From Selenomonadales bacterium (GTDB lineage: Bacteria > Bacillota > Clostridia > Christensenellales > QALW01), in NCBI GenBank assembly GCA_003150515.1, contig QALW01000021.1, forward strand, positions 163,644 through 227,643: a DNA stretch of 64,000 bases, given 5' to 3'. Under the pieces are notes generated by a model. The model had not been told where the DNA came from. It saw nothing but the letters and a program-made list of their open reading frames with translations, and ran no database searches. Both the position numbers and the translations under genes were made by a program. Below, in pieces: positions 20,420 through 29,720 of this stretch (position 1 is the stretch's first letter; every line of letters starts with the position of its first letter).

Positions 20420-20899
20420 ATGAGACAGCTTAATAAGCTGCATCTGCTTCACCGCATTTATCTTCAGAGAGCCGCGGTTAATAACGGCCTTTACAACGGG
20501 CAGCCGCCTCTGCTTGAATATGTGGAAAAACATCCGGGCTGCACCCAGGCGGAGCTGGCGGATTTTTTAAAGGTATCTCCCCCCTGCATAGCCACATCCG
20601 TCAAACGCCTGCAAAAAGCCGGAATTATTACTAAAACCGAGGACGCCAGCGATATGCGCCGCTCCCACCTCTATCTTACTCCGCTCGGCCAAACAAAAAG
20701 CGAGCAATGCAGGCAGGCCGCCGACCAAATAGACAAGCAGATATTCAACGGCTTTACTTCGGAGGAAACAGAATGCTTTTACAGTATGCTGGACAGAATG
20801 CTTGCCAATCTATCTATTGACGAATTTGCCGGAAAAAGCTTTGGCGCGCTGATGCAGACCGCCAAGGAGCTGGAAAAAAAAGAACCTGAACAAAATTGA
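20420..20899 (+). CDS. MarR family transcriptional regulator
   Basis: 159 aa with a winged-HTH region (GCTQAELADFLKVSPPCIATSVKRLQKAGIITK...DMRRSHLYLTPLG). Confidence 0.85.
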   Translation: MRQLNKLHLLHRIYLQRAAVNNGLYNGQPPLLEYVEKHPGCTQAELADFLKVSPPCIATSVKRLQKAGIITKTEDASDMRRSHLYLTPLGQTKSEQCRQAADQIDKQIFNGFTSEETECFYSMLDRMLANLSIDEFAGKSFGALMQTAKELEKKEPEQN

Positions 20900-20929
20900 T
20901 TATCATGCTAGGAGGTATAAGACTGAATT

Positions 20930-22655
20930 ATGTTCAAAGCGCTGCTGCCATATATGAAAAAAATACAAATATTCAACCATATTCGCGCCGTTATCCATTA
21001 TCGCGGAAGTGCTTCTGGAAATATCCATACCCGTGCTTATGAGCCGGATAGTGGATATAGGCATTCCCCGGCAGGACTTGGCCTACATAGTAAAGATAGG
21101 GCTGCTCATGGTGTTGATGGCTATATTAGGCATGTTCGCAGGCGCGCTTTCTTCCCGGCTGGCCGCTAAAGCCAGCATGGGCTTTGCAAGCGAATTGCGC
21201 AACGGACTATTTAAAAGCGTGCAAAGCTTCAGCTTTTCCAATATAGACCGTTTCAGCTCAGCTTCCCTCGTTACCCGGCTCACTACTGACGTAACCAACG
21301 CTCAGAACGCGTTTCAGATGTGCATACGAATGCTGGTGCGCTCCCCCGTCATGCTGATAGGAGCCACAATAATGGCTTTCAGCATTAACAGCAGTCTTGT
21401 AGCCGTCTTTCTTATAACCATACCCATTCTTGCCGTTACTCTGTTTTTAATAACCAAAACCGCACATCCGCGTTTTATCGCAATGCTGAAAAAATACGAC
21501 GGCCTTAATTCAGCCGTACAGGAAAATTTGATTTCCATAAGAGTAGTTAAATCTTTCGTCCGCTCGGACTACGAAAAAGCCAAATTTAAAAACGCCAACG
21601 ACGGCCTTATGGACGCTTCCCTGCGTGCTGAAAAAGTAGTAATTTTCAATATGCCCATTATGCAGCTTTCGGTATACGCCTGCATAATAGCCATATTATG
21701 GTTCGGTGGCGGGCTCATTGCTAACGGCAGCATGGAAACGGGCGAGCTGATCAGCTTCATCAGTTATGTTACCCAGATACTTATGAGCCTTATGATGATA
21801 TGCATGGCTTTTACAAATCTTGTTATATCCCGAGCCTCTTTAACACGCATAACCGAAGTGCTCAACGAGCAGCCCGTCATTAAGGACAGCGCGCAGGAGG
21901 ATCTGGAGGTGGCAGACGGCTCCATAGAATTCCGAAACGTCACCTTCGCATATTATTCCACGGCTGAAGAAGTCAATATTAAGAATGTAAATTTAAAAAT
22001 ACATTCGGGAGAAACCATAGGCATTATAGGAGGCACGGGTTCAGCCAAATCCACTCTCGTTCAGCTTATTCCGCGGCTGTATGACGTTAACCAGGGCGAA
22101 GTTCTCGTCGGAGGCCGAAATGTTAAAGATTACAAGCTCAAAACCCTGCGCAGCTCTGTGGCCATGGTGCTTCAGAAAAACGTGCTTTTCAGCGGCACTA
22201 TAAAGGATAATCTGCGCTGGGGCAACGCTCAGGCGACCGACCAGGAAATAGAGGAGTCCTGCCGCGCCGCCTGCGCTCATGATTTTATAACCGGCTTCCC
22301 CAACGGCTATGAAACCGAGCTGGGACAGGGAGGCGTTAACGTATCAGGCGGACAGAAGCAGCGCCTTTGCATAGCGCGGGCGCTTCTGTGCAAACCTAAA
22401 ATATTAATCCTGGACGACAGCACCAGCGCCGTGGACACGGCCACAGACGCAAGCATAAGAGACGCGCTCAAAACCGCCCTTAAAGGAAGCACCAAAATTA
22501 TTATTGCGCAGAGAATAACCAGCGTTTGCGAAGCGGACAGAATAATTGTAATGGACGACGGCAGCATAAGCGATATAGGCACGCATAAAGAGCTGCTTGA
22601 AAGAAATGAAATTTACAGGGAAGTTTATAACTCCCAGCAGAAAGGAGTGGAATAA
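20930..22655 (+). CDS. ABC exporter half-transporter (TMD-NBD), interrupted by an apparent frameshift in an A7 run
   Basis: ATG at 20930 encodes MFKALLPYMKK. After the A7 run (20957-20963) the family-typical continuation YKYSTIFAPLSIIAEVLLEISIPVLMSRIVDIGI is in the +1 frame, which is the frame of track ORF 21009-22655. Walker A GGTGSAKST, signature VSGGQKQR and Walker B ILILDD are present. Confidence 0.8.
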
Positions 22656-22657
22656 AT

Positions 22658-24556
22658 ATGCCCCCTATCGCGCACGCGCACGGCGGAAGAAAGCCTCAAA
22701 ATGCCGCGGCGGCTTTAAAACGGCTATTGAAATATATGCTTAAAAGCAAATGGATGCTCTTTGCCGTATTTATCTTTGTTATTTTTACTTCCCTTGCGGG
22801 CGTTATCGGCACATCCATGCTGGAGCCCATTATTAACGATACTATTCTTCCTCTTGTGGGCATTTCTCCTGTATTTGAGGATTTTCTGCCCCTGCTGAAA
22901 ATGTTGACTCTGCTGGCGCTCGTATATATCATAGGCGCGCTAAGCTCGTATTTCCAGCAGTTTTTTATGATACGCATATCCAACCGCGCCTTGAATAATA
23001 TCAGGCATGATTTATTCAACCGCCTGGAGGATTTGCCTATAAAATATTTTGACACTCATACCCACGGCGAGATAATGAGCCGCTTTACCAACGACGTGGA
23101 TACCGTCCGCGAAGCCATGAGCCAGGGGATAACCCAGCTTATGTCCAGCGCGATAACCATAACCGCGACCTTTATCGCCATGCTTATAAAAAGCCCGCTG
23201 CTTACATTAATTATAGTTTTAATGCTGGTTATAATGCTTTTCATAACAAAATACATAGGCACGCGCTCCTCTAAAAATTTCCGGCTTCAGCAAAAGGCTC
23301 TGGGACGCGCCAACGGCTATATAGAGGAAATAATTGAGGGACAAAAGGTTGTTAAGGTATTCTGTCACGAAAACGCCGTAGAAAGCGAATTTGCCGGGCT
23401 TAACGAAGATTTGCGCCAGGCAGCCACAAGCGCCAACACCTACGCCAGCATTATAATGCCTATTATGGGCAATCTATCCTATGTAAATTACGCGCTTATA
23501 GCGGCTCTGGGAGCATGGATGACCATTTCGGGCATAGGAGGCATGGATATAGGCAAGCTTGCTTCCTTTCTGCAATATTCCCGTTCCTTCTCTCAGCCTA
23601 TCACCCAAATCAGCATGCTCTTTAATTCCATCCTGGCTTCTCTGGCGGGAGCAGAACGAATTTTTGAAGTTATTGACGCTCAGCCCGAGCAGGACAATGG
23701 GACTGTTACGCTGGTAAATTTAAAGCGTTCTCCTGACGGGAATTTAAGCGAATGCTCCCAGCGCACGGGCCTCTGGGCCTGGAAACGCCCGCACGAAGAC
23801 GGAAGCGCGACTTATTCTCAGCTTAAGGGAGACGTACGCCTTGAAAACGTCGTTTTTGCATACCAGCCTGAAAAAACCATACTGCATAATATAAGCCTGT
23901 ACGCCAAACCCGGCCAAAAAATAGCTTTCGTAGGCTCGACAGGCGCGGGCAAAACCACTATAACCAATTTAATCAACCGCTTTTATGAAATAAACGCGGG
24001 CAGTATACAATATGACGGCATAAACATTTCTGAAATAAAAAAGGATTCACTTCGCCGGAGCCTGGCGCTCGTCTTGCAGGATACGCATCTTTTTACCGGG
24101 ACAGTGCGCGAAAACATACGTTACGGACGTCTGGACGCAACGGACAAGGAAGTAGAAGAAGCCGCCAGGCTGGCTAATGCCGACGCTTTTATAAAGCATC
24201 TGCCTGACGGATACGATACTGTGCTAACCTCGGACGGTTCCAATCTCAGCCAGGGACAGCGCCAGCTTATAGCTATAGCGCGCGCGGCTGTAGCCGACCC
24301 GCCTGTGCTCATTCTGGACGAGGCCACCAGCAGCATTGACACCCGAACCGAGCATTTAATAGAACTGGGAATGGATAAGCTGATGCACGGACGGACGGTA
24401 TTTGTTATAGCGCATCGTCTTTCTACCGTCCGCAATGCCGACGCTATTATGGTGCTGGAAAACGGAGAAATAATAGAACGGGGCAGCCATGACGAATTGC
24501 TCGCCCAAAAGGGCAAATACTATCAGCTTTATACGGGCCAGTTCGAATTATCCTGA
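22658..24556 (+). CDS. ABC exporter half-transporter (TMD-NBD), partner of the upstream gene
   Basis: 632 aa. Walker A GSTGAGKTT, signature LSQGQRQL and Walker B LILDEATS. Has a roughly 45-aa insertion between the TMD and the NBD. The start lies 3 nt after the upstream stop. Confidence 0.9.
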   Translation: MPPIAHAHGGRKPQNAAAALKRLLKYMLKSKWMLFAVFIFVIFTSLAGVIGTSMLEPIINDTILPLVGISPVFEDFLPLLKMLTLLALVYIIGALSSYFQQFFMIRISNRALNNIRHDLFNRLEDLPIKYFDTHTHGEIMSRFTNDVDTVREAMSQGITQLMSSAITITATFIAMLIKSPLLTLIIVLMLVIMLFITKYIGTRSSKNFRLQQKALGRANGYIEEIIEGQKVVKVFCHENAVESEFAGLNEDLRQAATSANTYASIIMPIMGNLSYVNYALIAALGAWMTISGIGGMDIGKLASFLQYSRSFSQPITQISMLFNSILASLAGAERIFEVIDAQPEQDNGTVTLVNLKRSPDGNLSECSQRTGLWAWKRPHEDGSATYSQLKGDVRLENVVFAYQPEKTILHNISLYAKPGQKIAFVGSTGAGKTTITNLINRFYEINAGSIQYDGINISEIKKDSLRRSLALVLQDTHLFTGTVRENIRYGRLDATDKEVEEAARLANADAFIKHLPDGYDTVLTSDGSNLSQGQRQLIAIARAAVADPPVLILDEATSSIDTRTEHLIELGMDKLMHGRTVFVIAHRLSTVRNADAIMVLENGEIIERGSHDELLAQKGKYYQLYTGQFELS

Positions 24557-24583
24557 TATATTTCTAAAACCCTCGGCATAATA

Positions 24584-24743
24584 AAAAGGCCGTGATAAGG
24601 GGGGCGTTAAGCCCAATAGGGGGGCGGCGTTTGGCAGGCTGAACCGCCTGCCCGGCCGGAGCCTTCGGCTTCGGCCGGCGGCCCTTCGGGCCGCAAACGC
24701 CGCCCCCCTATTGGGCTTAACGCCCCCTTATCACGGCCTTTTA
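24584..24743. repeat. GC-rich four-way-junction palindrome (hairpin cluster H2), also a probable bidirectional terminator
   Basis: A ~50-bp outer stem (24584-24633 with 24694-24743, one G bulge) is flanked by an A-run and a T-run. It encloses three hairpins at 24634-24651, 24652-24678 (cUUCGg loop) and 24679-24693 (cUUCGg loop). Confidence 0.9.
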
Positions 24744-24779
24744 TTCCAGCATGAATTTTATCGGTATTTTGCAAAAGTA

Positions 24780-24808
24780 TTGACTGACGTAAAAAAAGCC
24801 TTTAAAAT
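24780..24808 (+). promoter_or_regulatory. Putative sigma-A promoter of the FAD-oxidoreductase gene
   Basis: TTGACT (24780-24785), a 17-nt spacer, then TAAAAT (24803-24808). Confidence 0.5.
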
Positions 24809-24868
24809 ATATAAAAAAATAATCAAGCGGCCTTTATTATTACAGCAGGACGTTAAAAGGTGAACAAT

Positions 24869-26167
24869 ATGATTTATAAAAAAGAATTAAAGCAGAAATA
24901 TGATGTAGACGTATTCATAGCCGGAGGAGGTCCTTCCGGCTTTGCCGCCGCAACAGCCTGCGCTCGTCAGGGAAAAAGCGTTTTCCTGGCCGAAAGCCGC
25001 GGCTCATTCGGCGGCGCGGGAACGGTAGGCATGGTGCCTGCGTTCATGTGCTTCGGAGACGGCGTCAACTTTCTTGCGGGCGGAATAGGCCGGGAAATCA
25101 GGGACGCGCTTTATTCCGACAGAAGCAATAACGCTTACGGCTATGCAATACACGCGGAAACCCTTAAACGCCTATATGACAATATGGCCGTAGAAGCCGG
25201 GTTCCATTTCTCCTTTTTCACAACCCTTTCGGATGTAATAGTCTCAAACGGCCGAATAGAATACGCCGTAATCTCCTCCAAAAGCGGCATGTATCTTATT
25301 AAGGCCAAGGTTTTTATAGACGCCACCGGAGACGGCGACCTCTGCGTATGGGCAGGCGCGCAATATGAATTAGGAGACCAAAACCAAAACACCATGCCCG
25401 CAACTTTATGCAGCCTTTGGGCTAATATAGATTTTTCGCGGAGAGACGCCCGGGATGACAGCAGGCTGGAGGAAGCTATAAACGATCATATTTTTACTCT
25501 GGAGGACAGACATCTGCCCGGCATTGCCGACGCAGACCCTCCGCGCGGAGTGGGCGGCGGCAATATAGGCCATTGTTTTAACGTCAATCCTATTGATGAA
25601 GCCTCCCTGACAAAAGCTATGCTTTGGGGACGCAAAACCCTGCCCGAATACGAGCGCTATTACAACAATTACCTCAAGGGCTTCGAACACGCGGGCATCT
25701 GTTCTACGGCAGACCTTTTAGGAGTAAGGGAATCCCGCCGCATAAAAGGCGATTATGAGCTTTGCGCTCAGGATTTTCTTGATAGAGCGGTATTTGAAGA
25801 TGAAATAGGGCGGTATTGTTATCCTGTGGACATACACATCATGGCTCCCGATAAAGAATCATATGAAGCGTTTAAGGCAGAATACGCGCGTTTCAGCTAT
25901 GCCCCGGGCGAATCCTACGGCATCCCCTACCGTTCTCTGCTTCCTGCCGGCCTTTCAAACGTGCTGGTAACAGGCAAATGCATAAGCACGGACCGCCAGA
26001 TGCAAGCCTCCATAAGAGTTATGCCCGGCTGCTACATAACCGGGCAGGCAGCCGGAATAGCGGCGGCGCTGGCCTGTTCCCGCGGCAGCGAAACCCGCGG
26101 CATAGATATAAAAGAGCTGCAGCGCCGCATAAAAAATATGGGCGGTTTTCTCCCCAACGTCCGATAA
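24869..26167 (+). CDS. FAD-dependent oxidoreductase (FAD_oxidored / GlcNAc-type flavoprotein family)
   Basis: Dinucleotide fold DVFIAGGGPSGFAAA. About 432 aa. ATG at 24869 lies 8 nt after AAAAGG. The alternative start is GTG at 24860 (track). Confidence 0.75.
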   Translation: MIYKKELKQKYDVDVFIAGGGPSGFAAATACARQGKSVFLAESRGSFGGAGTVGMVPAFMCFGDGVNFLAGGIGREIRDALYSDRSNNAYGYAIHAETLKRLYDNMAVEAGFHFSFFTTLSDVIVSNGRIEYAVISSKSGMYLIKAKVFIDATGDGDLCVWAGAQYELGDQNQNTMPATLCSLWANIDFSRRDARDDSRLEEAINDHIFTLEDRHLPGIADADPPRGVGGGNIGHCFNVNPIDEASLTKAMLWGRKTLPEYERYYNNYLKGFEHAGICSTADLLGVRESRRIKGDYELCAQDFLDRAVFEDEIGRYCYPVDIHIMAPDKESYEAFKAEYARFSYAPGESYGIPYRSLLPAGLSNVLVTGKCISTDRQMQASIRVMPGCYITGQAAGIAAALACSRGSETRGIDIKELQRRIKNMGGFLPNVR

Positions 26168-26324
26168 GACAACTCAATCAGAATACAATGCTATGCAAAG
26201 GAAGAAATGATCCGTTTTACTGCGCCCTCCTCTTTCAAATATCTTAAATATTTTTAAGAGCTTGCATTAAAACGGACGCGTCTCTTCCGCAAAAAACATT
26301 GTATTCTGATTGATTTATCTAAGC
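26165..26324. repeat. MITE-like repeat family, copy B (complete, compact)
   Basis: The terminal inverted repeat caatcagaatacaatg (26178-26193) is the exact complement of cattgtattctgattg (26297-26312). The arms align with the two arms of copy C in the opposite orientation. The first bases, TAAGAC, include the stop codon of the upstream CDS. Confidence 0.8.
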
Positions 26325-26333
26325 ATTCAAAGC

Positions 26334-27104
26334 TCAGCTCATATAAAGCTCCGCAGAAATGCGCAGCCTGCCCTTTTTGCTCTGGCCCTGAACACCGTTA
26401 TATATGAATCTGCCTCTTCCCCTTACGGAGATTAAATCCCCCGCCTTAATAAGAACAGCCGCGTCATAGCTCGTTCTATGATTAATCTGCACCAAACCGG
26501 CTTTTATTAATTGAGCGGTATTGCCGCGCGAAAGATTATATACGGCCGAAACAACGCCGTCCAAACGCTCCGAAGCAGCCGTGCAGACCATTCTTTCGGT
26601 TTTAGGCCTAAGCCCGTCTAACGCCTCAGCGACAGAACAATCCAGCAATTCGCATTTCACAGGAGTATTTTTGACTTTGTTAAGATTATCCGCCGCAAAG
26701 GCTGCTATACTCTCCTTTAAAAACATATAAGCGGAATTGCCGTTAACAAAAATATCTCCTACTACCTGCCTTTTAACCCCTAAATTCATAACCGCGCCTA
26801 AAAAATCCCTATGTCCGAGCTCCTGAGCAAATTTCTCCGCCGCCGGACGCACTCGCATCAGCGTTATAGGAAATTCAGGCTGGTATCCCATTATTTCAGG
26901 AGTACCGAAGCATATAAGCTTCCTTTCGCAATATTCCAGGCCGCCCCAAAGCATATGGGGCGTTTTTCTTATAACGGGCAGATCTAAAGCTGCACGCGCC
27001 TGCTCGGGCGAAAGAAAATCCGAAAAGACATATATTCCCCGCCCCTCCCATTTCTCCGCCAAATCTTCCAGCCGGGAAAACAATATTTCTTCTTTATCGT
27101 CCAT
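26334..27104 (-). CDS. ylmH: YlmH-like RNA-binding S4-domain protein
   Basis: About 256 aa. The C-terminal S4-like segment (RLDGVVSAVYNLSRGNTAQLIKAGLVQINH) and the overall length match the YlmH/Sll1252 family. ATG at 27104 overlaps the tmk 3' end. The track start is 27119. Confidence 0.65.
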   Translation of the reverse strand: MDDKEEILFSRLEDLAEKWEGRGIYVFSDFLSPEQARAALDLPVIRKTPHMLWGGLEYCERKLICFGTPEIMGYQPEFPITLMRVRPAAEKFAQELGHRDFLGAVMNLGVKRQVVGDIFVNGNSAYMFLKESIAAFAADNLNKVKNTPVKCELLDCSVAEALDGLRPKTERMVCTAASERLDGVVSAVYNLSRGNTAQLIKAGLVQINHRTSYDAAVLIKAGDLISVRGRGRFIYNGVQGQSKKGRLRISAELYMS

Positions 27105-27735
27105 GGCCCCGCCCTTCACGCAATTTCTCCTTCACTATCTGATACACCGTTTCGGAAGTCTGCTGCTTTGTACAGCCCGCGACGTCCAGCATAACAAAAT
27201 TATCGTTCTGCCCAGCCATTTCTTCAAAGCCGCGGTATACTTCCTGATGAAAGGCCATGCCCTGCATTTCCATGCGGTCCTCCTCGTCCATGCCTCCCTT
27301 GCGTTCAAAGGAAAGGCCCGGTTCAATATGCAGAAAGATGGTCAAATCCGGATGACAGCCCTGAACCGCTATTTCATTAAGGCTCTGAACAAGCCCTATA
27401 TTCAGCCCGCGCGCATAGCCCTGATAAGCTATGGTAGAATGGGTAAAGCGGTCGCATATAACTATTTTCCCCTTTTTCAGGGCAGGGGAAATAATTTCAT
27501 TCACATGCTGAGCGCGGGCTCCCTCAAAGAGCATAAGCTCCGCCAAAGGAGAAATCTCGCTTCTGCCCTCCAGAAGCAATTTGCGCACCTTCTCGGCCAG
27601 CTCGCAGCCGCCCGGCTCTCTTGTGAGCAATACGTCCAGGCCGTCCTGCCGCAGACGCTCGCAGAGCATTTTTATCTGCGTGCTCTTGCCGCTGCCCTCC
27701 GTTCCCTCAAAAGTTATAAAAAAGCCTCTGTTCAT
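27094..27735 (-). CDS. tmk: Thymidylate (dTMP) kinase
   Basis: P-loop FITFEGTEGSGKST and the TREPGG motif. ATG at 27735. The track's GTG is at 27744. Confidence 0.93.
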   Translation of the reverse strand: MNRGFFITFEGTEGSGKSTQIKMLCERLRQDGLDVLLTREPGGCELAEKVRKLLLEGRSEISPLAELMLFEGARAQHVNEIISPALKKGKIVICDRFTHSTIAYQGYARGLNIGLVQSLNEIAVQGCHPDLTIFLHIEPGLSFERKGGMDEEDRMEMQGMAFHQEVYRGFEEMAGQNDNFVMLDVAGCTKQQTSETVYQIVKEKLREGRGHGR

Positions 27736-27786
27736 CCCATACACACCCTTAATTTTATCATTAGCTAAAATAATTATATTACTTGA

Positions 27787-28068
27787 TTAGACAATATAAT
27801 CAGAGTAAAATGCGTTTTTGCTCAGAGCGCCCGCTGCGTCCTCTTTGCTGCGCGGTCTTAAAATACTCCGGTATGTCTTCGACCGCGCGCCCCGCGGCCT
27901 TTCATTGGGCGCTTTGAGCAAAAATCTTTGACCGCAGAGAAAAGGAGATTTTTTGTTTTGCAAGGCGGCAGGACGCAGAAATATTGGAATATTTCAAGGA
28001 CGACAACGCGGCAAAACGGAAAATCTCCTCCTATGCGGCGCATTGTACTTTGATTGTATTGTCTAAGC
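27787..28068. repeat. MITE-like repeat family, copy C (long form) between the decarboxylase gene and tmk
   Basis: The 28-nt terminal inverted repeats ttagacaatataatcagagtaaaatgcg (27787-27814) and cgcattgtactttgattgtattgtctaa (28039-28066) differ at 3 of 28 positions. A further partial direct copy of the left end lies at 28069-28094. Confidence 0.8.
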
Positions 28069-28093
28069 AATATAATCAGAGCAAAACATCCGC

Positions 28094-29440
28094 CTATTCT
28101 TCCGAACATACCAGCACACGCCCTTTGCGCACGCCAAAAAGCTCCCGTCCGCTTTTTGCGGCGCTTAATATATAGTCTATCATATCTCCGTCTATGCGCT
28201 CGCCTCTATCGGCTAACGGCACTCCCGGAGGATATGTCCCAAAAGCCTGCGCGCAGATTTTTCCCGGCGATTCTTCAAGCGGAACATATATATGCCGCCT
28301 ATTAAAAGCCGCCTGCCGCGGAGATATAACTCTCTCGGGCAGTTTATCGGGCATATCCGGAAAAGGAACAAACGGCTCGGGCTTTAAGGCCAAAAGCGCG
28401 TTATATAAGCGTTCCAGCTTTTCAGGCGTATCTTTATGGGTTAATATAAAAATTACCTGATATTCGTCCGCGCATTCGGGATAAATTCCCATATTTTCAA
28501 GCTGCTTGGCCCCGTTAAGCCCGCTGAGAGCAGGGGCGGTTATTACGCACAGCCGGGTTATATCCTGCCTATCCCCCTCATTCAGGCGAAACCCGGCTTC
28601 CTTAAGCCCAAAACGCAGGCTTTGAATACGGCTTAGCACAGCCTCCCTATCGCATCCTTCCAATTCCGCGCGCGCTAAATCCATGCTGGCCATTATCAGA
28701 TAGCTTGGGCTGGAAGTGCCCAGCGCGGGCAAAAACGCCCAAAGCTCGTTTTCAAAGCGATTGTCCTTTATATTAAGCAGAGCCGCCTGAGTCAGCGCGC
28801 CCATGGTCTTATGCATGGACTGCACCCACATATCCGCTTCCGCTTGGGCCGCGCCTTCAAAGCCGTAATAGGGAAAATGCGCTCCGTGCGCTTCGTCCAC
28901 AAGCAAAAGCATGCCCTTTTCCCTCGCCAGCGCGCCGATTTCTTTCAGCGGCGCGCTATTGCCGCAATAATCGGGAGAAGTTATAAAAATTCCTTTAGCC
29001 TCCGGATGCTCCAAAACGCATTGCCTAACCTCTTCAAAAACAGGTTGAGCCAGCCGCCCCTCTTTTATGCGGGGAGAAATATATATAGGCTCCGCGCCCG
29101 AAAGAACCAGGCCGTCTCCGGCGCTTCTATGGGAATTCCGGCTTAAAATGAGCTTTTCGCCCTCTCTCAGCGCCGCGCACAGCATAGCCTTGACTCCCTC
29201 GCTGGAGCCGCCTGTAAGCATAAAGCTTTTATAGGCCCCCGCAGCCTGCGCGATAAGCTCCTGAGCCTGCTTAATCGCTCCCTGAGGCGCATAAAGATTA
29301 TCGCTGAAAGAAAGCTCGGTTATATCGTACTGCTCGCAGCCCAAACCGCCCATGCCTTTATGGCCGGGCATATGAAAGCGCGCGCAGTCCGCTCCGGCAT
29401 ATTTTTTCAGCATTTCATATAAAGGAGCATTCGTTTTCAT
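28094..29440 (-). CDS. Orn/Lys/Arg decarboxylase-family PLP enzyme (YaaO-like)
   Basis: 448 aa. Contains FHMPGHKG and the PLP-lysine context SMHKTMGALTQ. It shows the same decarboxylase-then-tmk linkage as the Bacillus yaaO-tmk locus. Confidence 0.85.
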   Translation of the reverse strand: MKTNAPLYEMLKKYAGADCARFHMPGHKGMGGLGCEQYDITELSFSDNLYAPQGAIKQAQELIAQAAGAYKSFMLTGGSSEGVKAMLCAALREGEKLILSRNSHRSAGDGLVLSGAEPIYISPRIKEGRLAQPVFEEVRQCVLEHPEAKGIFITSPDYCGNSAPLKEIGALAREKGMLLLVDEAHGAHFPYYGFEGAAQAEADMWVQSMHKTMGALTQAALLNIKDNRFENELWAFLPALGTSSPSYLIMASMDLARAELEGCDREAVLSRIQSLRFGLKEAGFRLNEGDRQDITRLCVITAPALSGLNGAKQLENMGIYPECADEYQVIFILTHKDTPEKLERLYNALLALKPEPFVPFPDMPDKLPERVISPRQAAFNRRHIYVPLEESPGKICAQAFGTYPPGVPLADRGERIDGDMIDYILSAAKSGRELFGVRKGRVLVCSEE

Positions 29441-29720
29441 TATAAACCCCCGTATAACGTCATTTTATTGTAAATAATATTTTAAAATTTATCAAGCTGT
29501 TTTTTCAAAAGCATATTTTGCAGGAATTATTTCATCCAACTTGCATTTTAAAAATTATTAACTCTTTGTTCATTTTAAATCTCTTCAATATTGCTTGACA
29601 AAAATACTTGATTTATAGTATGCTTTAAAAAAATGGGGAAAGATGGCCAGCAAAAAGACGGCCGATATCCTATTCTCTAAAAAAAACAAACAAAATGAAT
29701 TATGAAAGGGGATTTCTTGC

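Noticed and set aside
27858-28175. Track ORFs 27858-28109 (-) and 27984-28175 (+) within the MITE-like element
   Set aside because: The reading frames are not conserved between the four copies of the repeat. The ATGCGTTTTTGC-initiated frames stop at different places in each copy. One ORF also runs into the decarboxylase gene on the wrong strand.
29630-29720. Short upstream ORF (MGKDGQQKDGRYPIL) or leader peptide before pckA
   Set aside because: There is no RBS, no conservation argument and no associated attenuator structure. It is most likely fortuitous.
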